The notes: generated from the sequence alone by a model not told the origin. Shown: positions 20,093 through 30,669, counted from the first letter of the stretch. The stretch: DNA of 64,000 nucleotides from Coleofasciculus chthonoplastes F2-STO-03 (GCA_040222015.1 JAVJWO010000085.1:12775-76774), one strand, 5' to 3'. A program made the numbers and translations.

Positions 20093-20240
20093 CAGGGAAG
20101 CCCACATTCCCACTTAAGACCGAAGTCTAAACCAGAATGTGAGCTTACCCTGTCAGGGCTTCACGGGTTCATTTATCTGCCTTATAGGGTTTTTTCAGGC
20201 AGGGTGCTTTCGCTTTCTCTATTGTGCAGCCGAACCTCAA
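20093..20240 (-). ncRNA. Candidate structured non-coding RNA
   Basis: Several helices; cUUCGg and GAAA tetraloops and G-U pairs on the minus strand; no known family recognised. Confidence 0.4.
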
Positions 20241-20430
20241 CCAATTGGGTATAGTTTTGATGAAATCTGCTCGGATAAATATTAAATTTCTGTGAAAGTT
20301 GCGATGTTGCTTCGCTTTTTGTTCCATGGGGGTGGGAAAGGGGAGCAATAGGAGAGAGGGTTCTTTTGAACAGTGTAGCTGGCTTGGAGGAGAAGCCGGA
20401 TCATAGCTGCTTCATTGTCTATTAGCTAAT

Positions 20431-20452
20431 TAGTTGAGAATGATTAGCATTT
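20431..20452. promoter_or_regulatory. Putative Fur-type iron box
   Basis: TTGAGAATGATTAGCATT resembles the GATAATGATAATCATT consensus; upstream of an Fe3+-type ABC ATPase. Confidence 0.45.
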
Positions 20453-20583
20453 GGCTTCCCTCTGGCTTAAACTAGGGAACGGGAGTGAAATCCGGCTGAA
20501 ACTCCCTGTCATAGCAGTTCTTATGGAAAAATTAATGTCTGGCAACGGACATTAATAATAATATATTGCATTTTGAGAGAAAA

Positions 20584-20673
20584 ATGAATCCCTGGAGTTT
20601 CCAACCCAAAACTGGTCAAGTGATTGACATTAATCAAGCCGATCGGTGGCAAGTGTACTGCCGTTTACAGGAG
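20584..20673 (+). pseudogene. N-terminal half of an Asr1405/Asl0597-family protein, truncated by an STRR
   Basis: VIDINQADRWQVYCRLQE motif, then the sequence switches into a (GAGATGGGG)n repeat. Confidence 0.6.
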
Positions 20674-20832
20674 CAGGGGGAGATGGGGGAGATGGGGGAG
20701 ATGAGGGAGATGAGGGAGATGAGGGAGATGAGGGAGGTAAAGAAACGATCGTCGTTAAACCTGCTTCTATACTCCTCTCAAAACCATGTCCTCGAACGAA
20801 GTGAAGGAGAAGTCAAGGATCAACAATATTCT

Positions 20833-21954
20833 ATGGAACAAGCTGCGATTCTACATTTAGAGGACATTACCAAGCACTATGATCAACATACGACTCCAGC
20901 CGTTAATCATGTGACGCTGACTTTGCGTCAAGGTGATTTACTGGCGTTATTAGGTCCCTCTGGCTGTGGCAAAACCACTCTATTGCGGATTGTGGCAGGG
21001 TTTGAGCGTCCTCAATCGGGATTGGTTGTTTTAGCTGGACGCCCCGTGGGGGGTTCAGGGTATTGGATACCCCCAGAACAACGGAACACAGGTATGGTGT
21101 TTCAAGATTATGCCTTATTCCCTCACCTGAATGTGGCGGACAATGTTGCTTTTGGCTTAAAAAACCGCCGCAGTGGGATGAGTCGGACTTCTATTAAGAA
21201 AAATACGGCTGACGCGATCGCACTGGTAGGATTATCAGGATTAGAGAAACGCTACCCCCACGAACTCTCCGGAGGACAACAGCAGCGAGTCGCCCTCGCC
21301 CGGGCGTTAGCACCACGTCCCAGTTTAATCCTGTTAGATGAACCCTTGAGTAATCTGGATGTGCAAGTGCGTCTGCGGTTGCGCCAAGAAGTGCGATCCA
21401 TCCTTAAAGAAATCGGCACATCAGCAATTTTTGTCACCCACGACAGAGAAGAAGCCCTATCCATCTCCGATCAAGTAGGAGTCATGCGGGCGGGATGTTT
21501 AGAACAGTTGGGAACCCCTGAAGAAATTTATACCAACCCAGCTTCTCGTTTTGTCGCCGAATTCGTCACCCAAGCCAATTTCTTACCCGCCCGTCGTCGG
21601 GGACAGCTATGGGAAACTGAGGTGGGTTCCTTTGAAATTGGGAATGGAGAATGTCCCGATAACATCCAATTCCCAAATGACGCCATTCCAGATTGTGGGG
21701 AATTAATGCTGTTGGAAGAAAACGTAATTCTCAAGCCCGATAATGATGCACCCGTCTTGATTCGCGATCGCCATTTTTTAGGTCGGGAGTATCGGTATTG
21801 TCTCCAAACCCCGTCCGGTAAAGAACTCCATGCTCGCACCGCCCTGAATACACCCTTACCTGTGGGAATCAGAGTTCAATTATCTGTGGCTGATTCATCG
21901 ATCCCAATTTTCCCCGCAATTGCCACAAGTACACCCCTAACTCCAGCCTATTAG
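20833..21954 (+). CDS. Fe3+/polyamine-type ABC transporter ATP-binding protein (FutC/FbpC-like)
   Basis: GPSGCGKT, LSGGQQQRVALARALA, LLDEP, VTHD; C-terminal TOBE; probable start ATG 20833. Confidence 0.88.
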   Translation: MEQAAILHLEDITKHYDQHTTPAVNHVTLTLRQGDLLALLGPSGCGKTTLLRIVAGFERPQSGLVVLAGRPVGGSGYWIPPEQRNTGMVFQDYALFPHLNVADNVAFGLKNRRSGMSRTSIKKNTADAIALVGLSGLEKRYPHELSGGQQQRVALARALAPRPSLILLDEPLSNLDVQVRLRLRQEVRSILKEIGTSAIFVTHDREEALSISDQVGVMRAGCLEQLGTPEEIYTNPASRFVAEFVTQANFLPARRRGQLWETEVGSFEIGNGECPDNIQFPNDAIPDCGELMLLEENVILKPDNDAPVLIRDRHFLGREYRYCLQTPSGKELHARTALNTPLPVGIRVQLSVADSSIPIFPAIATSTPLTPAY

Positions 21955-22001
21955 TAGTTCGTAGTAAGGGCTTTAGCCCTTTTTAGCCCTTCTTCTTTGA
22001 T

Positions 22002-23444
22002 CTACGGCTTTTTAGACTGGAGAATCTTCTCAATTTGGGGCTGGTGGCGAGCAATCACAACCAAGCGATCGCCCAACATGAGTTGTTCATTTTTGGGTGG
22101 GTTAACCAATGTCTCTCGATGTCCCTGAGTTTGCCGTTCCACAGCGACTAAAATACTATCTAGCTCCTCTTTTATCCATTGAGCCGCATTCCAGAATGAA
22201 ATACCATTCCATTGTTGAGGTAAAGGAATTTTATAGATTTGGTTTCCCATTTGCACAGTAAGTAGTTCCGCTAGCACATCCACAGAACCCCAATTTCGCA
22301 CTGAAGTCGCCATTAAATGACTCGCCAATTCATCTGCGACAATCACATCTTCCACTCCCGCTACTCGCAGTTGTACATTATTTTTACCATCAAGAAGTTG
22401 AGCACAGGTATAGATCCCCGGATGCAGTTTTTCAATCGTTAATGCGGCTAAAACAGTTCGTGCATCCCGATCCTGATCGCTGCGCGGATGTGTGGCATCT
22501 GCCAACAAAATAGCCCGTGAGGTGTGATAAATTCCCACCGCTTCCAGGACATCAATCGTCGTGTAATCCCCAGTATAGAAGTAAATTTGGGAACGATTAA
22601 TATGTTTAATTTCTCGTTCTGGTGTTTGGATAAATTCAGCAACCACGACAATCGGATGATGTTTTAAACTGGGATCGGCTTGCAGTTGCTCAATCAGCAG
22701 ATGTCCGCTGCGATTCCAGCCACAGATAACAATATGATCGCGTAGTTCGTCCAATTCCCAGTGTTTAATTTCCATCACTGTTCTCAATCGTTGTACCATG
22801 ACGGCGGAAACGACGCCCGTAAACATGGCAAACATCGTTAAGCCACCCAGAATTACCATGAGTGTAACCAATCGTCCCGCATCGGTTTGGGGTTCACCGC
22901 CGATGGGTTCTCCGGATACCAGGGTAAAAAAGCTCCACCAAAGGGAATCCTTCACAGAGGCGAAATCAGGATTGCTAAAACCCTCTAGCAAGTGAATCGC
23001 GATCGCGCCGACTAAAATAATTAAACCGACAACCAGCAATACGCCAATCTGGACACCAATACTCGTGGCTAAGGTAGAGCCAAGACGATTTAAATTCTGA
23101 TTGAGTAGGATTCCCACCCGCAATAGCCGTAAGAGGCGCAACACCCGAAACAGGCGAAAGGCTCGCAATAGGGGCAATACGGCAATAATATCTAACCAAT
23201 AGTGGCGAAAGAAACGGCGTTTATTTCTAGCCGCAAAATAGCGAATTGTCAACTCGATAATAAAGATGCCAGTGAGTAGTTCTTGAGTCAAATAGACAAG
23301 TTTATAGGCTTGACCTTGACTGTCAAGCGTGACTTCGGCAATCACAAGAATTACGGAAAGCAGAATGAGCAGGATCAGCGCCAGTTCAGTTTGGGGAGTG
23401 TGGATAAAGCGATCTAAACGGGCTTGTAAAGTTTTGTTGGGCAT
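22002..23444 (-). CDS. Potassium channel-like protein (6TM ion transport + RCK/TrkA-N)
   Basis: S4 RAFRLFRVLRLLRLLR; pore helix SLWWSFFTLVSGE; HIVICGWN RCK domain. Confidence 0.85.
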   Translation of the reverse strand: MPNKTLQARLDRFIHTPQTELALILLILLSVILVIAEVTLDSQGQAYKLVYLTQELLTGIFIIELTIRYFAARNKRRFFRHYWLDIIAVLPLLRAFRLFRVLRLLRLLRVGILLNQNLNRLGSTLATSIGVQIGVLLVVGLIILVGAIAIHLLEGFSNPDFASVKDSLWWSFFTLVSGEPIGGEPQTDAGRLVTLMVILGGLTMFAMFTGVVSAVMVQRLRTVMEIKHWELDELRDHIVICGWNRSGHLLIEQLQADPSLKHHPIVVVAEFIQTPEREIKHINRSQIYFYTGDYTTIDVLEAVGIYHTSRAILLADATHPRSDQDRDARTVLAALTIEKLHPGIYTCAQLLDGKNNVQLRVAGVEDVIVADELASHLMATSVRNWGSVDVLAELLTVQMGNQIYKIPLPQQWNGISFWNAAQWIKEELDSILVAVERQTQGHRETLVNPPKNEQLMLGDRLVVIARHQPQIEKILQSKKP

Positions 23445-23526
23445 ATTGAGGTATGAGAATCTATGTCAATCTAAATTCACCAGACATTTATTTATACTGA
23501 CAGTAGCGCTTAAAAGGTCTTGTTCT

Positions 23527-23933
23527 ATGGCGGTCAAAAACTCCCAAACCCATACAGCTCGCAAATCCCAGGCGATGTCCAACCTACCGCCCCTAGAAAA
23601 TGGCGATCGCTTAACCCGAAAAGAATTTGAGCGACGCTATCAAGCAACGACAACGATCAAGAAAGCGGAACTAATTGAAGGAGTGGTTTACGTGGCTTTA
23701 CCGTTACGCTTTGAACCTCATGCCCTTGTGGTAACATGGTTGGGTGTTTATCGCGCTAGCACAATCGGCGTCAGGTTAGGAGACAATGCCACTGTTCGCC
23801 TGGATATGGACAACGAACCCCAGCCCGATGCGTTACTGCGATTCGATGAAACGGTGGGGGGACACTCACGCATTGATGCCGATGGTTATGTCCAAGGTGC
23901 GCCAGAATTAATTGTTGAAATTGCGGCGAGCAG
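23527..23933 (+). pseudogene. Truncated Uma2 family endonuclease
   Basis: LPPLENGDRLTR.EFERRY, KAELIEGVVY, EPQPD, GAPELIVEIAASS; expected C-terminal ~60 aa replaced by unrelated sequence. Confidence 0.75.
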
Positions 23934-24172
23934 TAAATTCACAACTAAGCATGAAAGCGCACTTCCTTGGGGTATACCGATATATTCATTTGATGGATTA
24001 CTATAGAAAAGGCATAGGAACAATCCAAAAAGTCTTTGTCAAATATTTGACGAAAATAGCGAGCGCATAATTTATCTATAATTCGATCAACTATATTTTC
24101 GTATATGGCAATTGTCCGGTAACTATGCTCAGATTTTTGAATTGGTTTTATGCAAGGCTTACTCATGGGGTA
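23931..24172 (-). pseudogene. Reverse transcriptase remnant (internally deleted)
   Basis: YRTIAI..IVDRII...IFDKDFLDCSYAF (RT motif 2/2a), followed in another frame by IGIPQGSALSCLVVNLLL (motif 4). Confidence 0.7.
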
Positions 24173-24267
24173 GGGAGCAAACATTACCCAAAGTATGCAT
24201 CTTGCAAGGGTTTCAGAGCCCTTTGAAAGAGCTAATATCCAAAAGTTGGATGCTCCCATTTAATATG

Positions 24268-24362
24268 TATAGCAACTGCCACAACGGTTAGGACACTAAG
24301 CCTGTCTTGAAACAATATACGGCATTCATAACGATGTCCTAATGACCCTGGCGACTGCTATA
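24268..24362. mobile_element. MITE-like palindromic element (TATAGCA..GCC..TTAGGACA / TGTCCTAA..GGC..TGCTATA)
   Basis: Terminal inverted repeats ending in TA; flanked by a 28-bp direct repeat at 24242-24269 and 24369-24396. Confidence 0.65.
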
Positions 24363-24535
24363 AATCCTAAAGTTGGATGCTCCCATTTAATATGTAAATC
24401 CTAGAGCAGCACTCTTTATTTCGTCAATTTTTTGATTAAAGTTTTGTGTAGGGGCGGGTTTCACGATTATCGTGTCTTGCCTCACAACAGATGTAACTAA
24501 ACCCGCCCCTACCGAGGTTTAAATGCAACTCGGTG

Positions 24536-25618
24536 TCACGCAATAGTCACGTCACCAGACAAGTATACATCCTGAATCGTGTGGAACAACTTAACCCCTT
24601 CCTCGAACGGGCGCTGAAATGTCTTGCGTCCAGAAATCAATCCACAACCACCAGCCCGTTTATTAATCACAGCGGTGCGAACAGCTTGGGCAAAGTCATT
24701 TTTCCCTGATGAACCCCCAGAATTAATCAAACCTGCACGACCCGCATAGCAATTAAGAACTTGATAACGAGTTAAATCGATGGGGTGATCACTGGTAAGT
24801 TCAGTGTAAACGCGATCGTCCGTTCTGCCATATTTTTCGCCCGTGGCTTTAGCCACCGCACCATAGCCATTATTGCATTCAGGCTGCTTCTGCTTGATAA
24901 TATCGGCTTCAATGGTAACGCCAAGATGATTAGCTTGACCCGTGAGATCAGCCGAAAGATGATAATCTTTATCTTGCTTAAAAACGCTATTGCGTAAATA
25001 GCACCACAAAATTGTTGCCATTCCCAATTCGTGGGCGCGGGCAAATGCTCGACTCACTTCCTCGATTTGGCGGCTCGATTCCTCAGACCCAAAGTAAATC
25101 GTAGCACCAACAGCTACGGCGCCTAAGTTCCAGGCTTGCTCGACACTGGCAAACATAAGCTGATCATATCGATTCGGATACGTCAGCATTTCATTGTGGT
25201 TCAGTTTAGCAATGAAGGGGATGCGGTGGGCATACTTGCGGGAAACCATACCCAAAACCCCTAACGTCGTGGCAACCGCATTACAACCGCCTTCCAAGGC
25301 AAGTTTGAGAATGTTTTCCGGGTCAAAATATACCGGGTTCGGCGCAAAAGAGGCGGCGGCGGAATGTTCAATCCCTTGGTCTACGGGTAGGATAGACAAA
25401 TAACCCGTATTGGCAAGGTGTCCGGTTGAGTAGATCTGCTGAAGACTACGCAACACTGGGGCAGGGCGATCGCTATTGGCAAAAATCCGTTCCACCCAGT
25501 CTGGACTAGGTAAATGTAACAGACGTTTATCCACTTTGGCGTTGTACGTCAATAGATTGTCTGCCTCTTCACCCAACCAGGATTCTATCGATTGAGGTGC
25601 TGTTAAAGTAGCCGTCAT
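24536..25618 (-). CDS. fbaB: Class I fructose-bisphosphate aldolase
   Basis: [27 protein letters not shown] Schiff-base Lys, GLISGRK. Confidence 0.95.
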   Translation of the reverse strand: MTATLTAPQSIESWLGEEADNLLTYNAKVDKRLLHLPSPDWVERIFANSDRPAPVLRSLQQIYSTGHLANTGYLSILPVDQGIEHSAAASFAPNPVYFDPENILKLALEGGCNAVATTLGVLGMVSRKYAHRIPFIAKLNHNEMLTYPNRYDQLMFASVEQAWNLGAVAVGATIYFGSEESSRQIEEVSRAFARAHELGMATILWCYLRNSVFKQDKDYHLSADLTGQANHLGVTIEADIIKQKQPECNNGYGAVAKATGEKYGRTDDRVYTELTSDHPIDLTRYQVLNCYAGRAGLINSGGSSGKNDFAQAVRTAVINKRAGGCGLISGRKTFQRPFEEGVKLFHTIQDVYLSGDVTIA

Positions 25619-26260
25619 ATCGTTTTCCTCAAAGTGTTGTCACTTGTTTTTCAATTTTGACAGTCTTTGGGGGCGATCTCTGTCCCCATAACGATAGAGT
25701 TTGGCTACTTGGCAAATTTCAAAATTTCCCAAGCTGACACCGCAAGCATCGAAGTAATGCGTAAATGGTCACTTTATTTTCGTGGCGTTGTATTAAACAC
25801 GAAGTAGTCGGATTTTCATTAAAGTTAACGGTTGAGATTAGGGAACAGGGAACAGTACAGTAAGGATTTGAGGCTTGTTAACATTTCTTACTACAGCGGA
25901 CAGAGTTGATGTCCAGGTACTTACTCCTGTAATCAGAACTGTATGCTATATAGACGTAAACTGCTTGGTTTCTACTTAACCCAGAGAAGCGTCACTACTC
26001 ATATTCGGTTGGGTGACATTCGATTAAGGACAGGTTTTGTGGATTGGTTATCGGTTATGAACTCTCCGGAGCGCGTCAATCAGCCCCGACAATAGTGTGA
26101 CTTCATTTTTTCAGAATGGACTGAAAAAGAAGGTAAAGAGTTTGATTATTGACAAGTTGATACGTTGCGGCTTGATTCGATTCCTTTCGGTTTAGTTAAT
26201 AATTAGTTTCTACGACTTCCTATTTGCCACGTCTTTTTTATTTAAGCCGATTAAACTTAA

Positions 26261-26488
26261 TCAGGAGTCTTGGGGAATAGTATTTTGACCTTCCAATAAT
26301 TTTAGATAGGAGTAGGGTACAGATAGGGGCCACGTAATAGTGGCGACAACGAAACAAACTCCACAGCTAAATTTATCGTCTTCCGATAAGGTATTATCTT
26401 CTTGTAAACAGGTAAACCACTTGTTTAACAAGCGCATAGCTACGACTAAGTAAAGAGTAACTGAGCTAACTAACATGATATGCAACAT
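26261..26488 (-). CDS. Small hypothetical membrane protein
   Basis: Two hydrophobic segments; WF...QED..LS...ATITWPLSVPYSYLKLL pattern seen in cyanobacterial small proteins. Confidence 0.6.
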   Translation of the reverse strand: MLHIMLVSSVTLYLVVAMRLLNKWFTCLQEDNTLSEDDKFSCGVCFVVATITWPLSVPYSYLKLLEGQNTIPQDS

Positions 26489-26680
26489 AATAAGCTTACC
26501 TTCAAGAATGGTTTTTCAGCGCTAACGGCTGGTTAAGTCTTTCGCTTTTTATCTAGTATACTGAACGATTTGCTTCCCAAAAGCCTATACTACCCATATT
26601 TACACAATCTTCACTGTTCCTCTTTTATTTTAACTGTATTTTAATAAAGGGAGTCGTTATCCGTCGCCGTTGTGTGATAT

Positions 26681-27730
26681 TCAGGTGAACTGAGTCTGGC
26701 AGTACGTGTCAAGCAGAGAAATGCAGTTCGCGATCGCACCCAAATGAGCCACCTCATAGCCATGGGTGTTTTGCGTCGGGAAACTCAAGCAGGCGGCGCG
26801 GGCAACGTGACCAAATTTCATGGCAATAGACGCATCGCTGCCAAACCCACTAATTGTGGCAAGCTGTAAGGGAACACCAATCCCATTCGCCGCCTGTCGC
26901 AGTTCCCAGTTGAGTCCTTCATCGTAAATCCCATAGCCATCCTGAGACAACAGCACAGGGGCTTCCCCATCTTCAATTGGGTATTCTGAGGAGAGAGGGC
27001 AAATTTCTAGGGCAATTAAAGCATCAAGAGTGTGATTTTGGCTGAAATACAACGCGCCAATTGCGCCAACTTCTTCCTTTGCCGACGCCACTAAATAGGT
27101 ATCCACAACCGGAGTTTTAACCTGTTCTGCTAAGCTTAACAGAATAGCAACAGAGGCTTTGTTATCCAAGGTATAACTCGCAATGTAATCCTTGAGGCGT
27201 ATGGGTCGTTTGCGATGTTTACCCACAACCATGCGGGTTCCGGGGCGCACCCCAGCGGCGACAAGTTCAGCCAGAGTACATTTCGTTTCCACCCAAGCCT
27301 CTTCCCAACGCAGGGGGGCGGTTTCCTGTTGTGCCTTTTGGGGAGATTCATGGGAAACATGACGTGATCCAAAGGAAAGAATACCACTCAGGGTTTGATT
27401 ATCACCCAATAAATCGACAACGCCTTCACCATAAACCCAGGGAAATGAGCCGCCGAGTTTGCGGACTTGTACTCGTCCCTGTTCGTCTATCGATTTAACA
27501 ATACCGCCGATTTCATCTTTATGAGCCGTAATGGCAATGGATCGCTCAGAGGTTTGACCCGGTATCTTAGCAATAATATTTCCGGCTCGATCCTGCCACG
27601 ATTCAACCCCTAAGCCTTGCAATCGACTGATCAGAAGTTGATCAATTTCTCGTTCTGCACCACTAGGAGAATGATGCAGCACTAACTCTTCAATAGTATT
27701 AAATAAGTGGTCGTAATTTGAGGATGGCAT
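26681..27730 (-). CDS. M42 family metallopeptidase
   Basis: HSPSGAE, TAHKDEIG, LDNKAS, KEEVG, GSDA, THGYE; start set at ATG 27730. Confidence 0.9.
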   Translation of the reverse strand: MPSSNYDHLFNTIEELVLHHSPSGAEREIDQLLISRLQGLGVESWQDRAGNIIAKIPGQTSERSIAITAHKDEIGGIVKSIDEQGRVQVRKLGGSFPWVYGEGVVDLLGDNQTLSGILSFGSRHVSHESPQKAQQETAPLRWEEAWVETKCTLAELVAAGVRPGTRMVVGKHRKRPIRLKDYIASYTLDNKASVAILLSLAEQVKTPVVDTYLVASAKEEVGAIGALYFSQNHTLDALIALEICPLSSEYPIEDGEAPVLLSQDGYGIYDEGLNWELRQAANGIGVPLQLATISGFGSDASIAMKFGHVARAACLSFPTQNTHGYEVAHLGAIANCISLLDTYCQTQFT

Positions 27731-28129
27731 GAAGGCGATAAACTCACGCAATAAAGGCGAATATTACTGACATAAGCTAGGTTCGTTCGTCATTGCGCTT
27801 GTCGTTGCGCTGTCTTCGCCATAAACACCTCAGCGCTGACTATAAATCTATGGATGTATTACATCGATTTATCAAACGCTTACGTCAGTGCTATGCTATT
27901 CAGCTTAAATCAACCAACACCATAACATACTCGTTCTATATCGGCAATAATAAATAATTCAACATTGAAAGCAAGAGACGTTATTGATATCAGACACAAA
28001 ATTACCATCCCTGTAGGGGTGGGTTTAGGGATTAATCTTTCTATCGTGTGATAATTGAACAGGCAAAACCAGCCCTCCCTATCCCCTAAATGATCAGACG
28101 AATCAGGTGAGGCGTGAGAATCGTCCTGG

Positions 28130-28882
28130 TTAAGGTTCAGTGGTTGCCGCCTGGAAAAAGGGTTGCATCTCAAACCCTAACCCCTGTGCCAAAACCGAGT
28201 TAGGAAATTGCTGAATTGTTTGATTGTATTGTTGCACCGCCTGATTATAACGCATCCGTTCTACTGCAAGGCGATTTTCGGTTCCGGCTATTTCATACTG
28301 AAGGTTCGTAAATAATTGACCCGATTGTAACTGAGAATTATTGGCGGCATAGTCTTGAAAATGATTAATCGCGTCATTCACTTCTTCGACAGCCGCCACT
28401 TTTTGTTCTGGGGTATCCGCTTGTAAATAAGCCTGACGAGATTGCTGCAATAGAGACACAATTTCTTTTTCGTGTTCGGTGTAAGCTTGAGTGACTCGAA
28501 CTAAATTAGGAATCAAATCAGCCCGCCGTTGAAGTTGATTTTCTACTTGCGCCCATTTAGCCTGAACCACAGAAGCATGGCGGGAAAATGAGTTATATGT
28601 CCAGATACTCCAAATTGCACTAACAGCCAGAATACTTGCACCAATTGTCGCTAGAATTTGGCGTTGTTTTTGACGCCGATTTTGGCGCGATCGCACCTCT
28701 TGAATTGCTTGTTGAATAAACTCTGCTGGAATCTGGGCTTCTGTACCCGCTTGTATGAGTTCTGAGGCAGAGTAAGCTTGACTATAATTCGCATAATTGC
28801 GAGAGGCTAATTCCAGCACCTCTGACGTCATTGACTCAGGAATTATCATATCTAAATTATTCATTTTTTTCTCACTTTTCAT
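28130..28882 (-). CDS. LemA family protein with N-terminal helical extension
   Basis: WAQVENQLQRRADLIPNLV, GTENRLAVERMRYN, FPNS; start may be 28864. Confidence 0.9.
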   Translation of the reverse strand: MKSEKKMNNLDMIIPESMTSEVLELASRNYANYSQAYSASELIQAGTEAQIPAEFIQQAIQEVRSRQNRRQKQRQILATIGASILAVSAIWSIWTYNSFSRHASVVQAKWAQVENQLQRRADLIPNLVRVTQAYTEHEKEIVSLLQQSRQAYLQADTPEQKVAAVEEVNDAINHFQDYAANNSQLQSGQLFTNLQYEIAGTENRLAVERMRYNQAVQQYNQTIQQFPNSVLAQGLGFEMQPFFQAATTEP

Positions 28883-28896
28883 AAAATTCAAGGAAA

Positions 28897-30582
28897 TTAC
28901 CAACTCCCTCCAGCACCACCACCACCACTAGAACCACCGTCGAAGCTACCACTGGAACTAGAACTACTGCTACCGCTAGAACCTGTGCTACCACTGTAAC
29001 TACCATAACTACCACTGTAACTACTACTGGAAGAACGACTACGACTTGAACTGCCTCCAGAATAAGAACGAGAACGTTGGATAATTACTGCCTGTTCTTG
29101 GGAATAATCACAACATTTGCACTCATCAATAATGAAACGTTGACTTAAGCTATATGGTATCATTGCTTCTCTACGAGTTACGGTTAATTCTTGACAGTGA
29201 GGACATTTTTGATAAGATTGAGAATCTAAAACATAAGCCCGGATATGAATTAACCGTAAAAGCATTTTTTGGCTACAGTGACGACAGTGCCAACCTTCAA
29301 ATCTAACACTACCCAACTCTTGAGCAACTTTCTCAGGTTTGGTGAGCTGAGATGCAACTAAACTTGACTTGACTTTTCTCAGGGACAAATGACAAGAGTT
29401 ACACCGCAAAGACGGATCAGAATAGTATCGTTCCATGAATCGGTGAGAAAGAGGAATAGCAATAATTGCTCCTGAAATTAATGCTGAACTGATAATAACC
29501 CCCACTTGTCCAAATAAGTATCCCATTAAATAACCTATAATACTCTGGACAAAAAACACGAAGAAAATAGGAATAAAAGGAATTAAAATCAGAACCCCTA
29601 GAATAACCGACCAGAAACCTGTTAATATTGCGAATATAATGAAGATAATGATTGTTGATCGATTAGTAGTCTTGTAGCGCGAGTGAAGCTTATTAATTGC
29701 CAGTTTTAATAGCTTACATCCAATAGCTAAAGAGGTGACAATTATTCCAATGAAGACTCCAATATTTGCTAGAGGGGTAATGGCTACAGAAAATAGTACC
29801 AGAGCAAAAGTAGCAGAAAACGTGACCAGATAAGCGAAAATATAAGCTTTACGTTCAGGTGTATATCCTTGTTGTACTCGCGATCGCCCTGTCGGTGTAA
29901 GATAAATTGGATTACTGATTTTATTGAACTGACGATATCCTATCCAGGACAATAGTATACCGACCACACCCATTAACGCAATCCTGCCACGATGAGTAGC
30001 ACTTAGGGATATCTCAGCCAGGGATATATCAGTAGGATTGGCTGAAAAAGAATGAGTGTTTTTACCTTGTAAAATCTTCACTAGCGCTTTCGTTCCCGCT
30101 AATACACCACCATCAAAGTCACCTTGTTTGAATCGGGGTGTAATCTTATTTTCAATAATGTGTCCAACCTGAGCATCCGGTAAAATTGGCTCAATCCCAT
30201 AACCCGTTTCAATTTCAACGCGACGATCACCAACTGAAACCAAAAATAGTACACCATTATCTTCATTGGCTTTGCCAATTCCCCAATGATTAAATAACTC
30301 TGTTGTAAACGCTTTTGGCGAAGCCAATGGTGCTGTTTCTGGCACAGTAACTACGGCGATTTCTGTCCCATTTTGGGCTTCTAACTCAGAAATCATTTGA
30401 TTAAGTTTAGTTTCTGTAGAATCACTGAGGATATTTGCCATATCCGTTACCCAAGTGCCATTGACCTGTTGCGGATTGGGGACATCTTGTATATTTAACG
30501 CATAACTCAGATAAGGAAATAGGCAAAGTGCTAGACAAAATAGACTTGCCACAACTAGGCGTTGAAGTTTGAAAACTTTCAT
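28897..30582 (-). CDS. TPM-domain membrane protein with multiple TMs, 8-Cys module and Ser/Gly tail
   Basis: WVTDMANILS, EIAVVTV, LFNHWGIGK..DNGVLFL, RRVEIETGYG; ends GGGGAGGSW. Confidence 0.9.
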   Translation of the reverse strand: MKVFKLQRLVVASLFCLALCLFPYLSYALNIQDVPNPQQVNGTWVTDMANILSDSTETKLNQMISELEAQNGTEIAVVTVPETAPLASPKAFTTELFNHWGIGKANEDNGVLFLVSVGDRRVEIETGYGIEPILPDAQVGHIIENKITPRFKQGDFDGGVLAGTKALVKILQGKNTHSFSANPTDISLAEISLSATHRGRIALMGVVGILLSWIGYRQFNKISNPIYLTPTGRSRVQQGYTPERKAYIFAYLVTFSATFALVLFSVAITPLANIGVFIGIIVTSLAIGCKLLKLAINKLHSRYKTTNRSTIIIFIIFAILTGFWSVILGVLILIPFIPIFFVFFVQSIIGYLMGYLFGQVGVIISSALISGAIIAIPLSHRFMERYYSDPSLRCNSCHLSLRKVKSSLVASQLTKPEKVAQELGSVRFEGWHCRHCSQKMLLRLIHIRAYVLDSQSYQKCPHCQELTVTRREAMIPYSLSQRFIIDECKCCDYSQEQAVIIQRSRSYSGGSSSRSRSSSSSYSGSYGSYSGSTGSSGSSSSSSSGSFDGGSSGGGGAGGSW

Positions 30583-30669
30583 GGTTTAATTCTCCAATTA
30601 AACACAAGTTATAATGCACGAGGACACAGAGCCTACCCAGAAGCATTCTCTGGGAAAGACAAATAACGA

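Noticed and set aside
23329..24259. ORF calls 23329-24006 (+) and 23945-24259 (-) as full proteins
   Set aside because: Chimeric read-throughs of Uma2, RT and MITE fragments.
24242..24396. Two identical 28-bp repeats resembling a mini CRISPR
   Set aside because: Only two copies, a ~99-bp 'spacer' that is itself a MITE, and no cas genes or leader.
25620..26260. Long intergenic region upstream of fbaB
   Set aside because: No convincing ORF, RNA structure or repeat recognised by eye.
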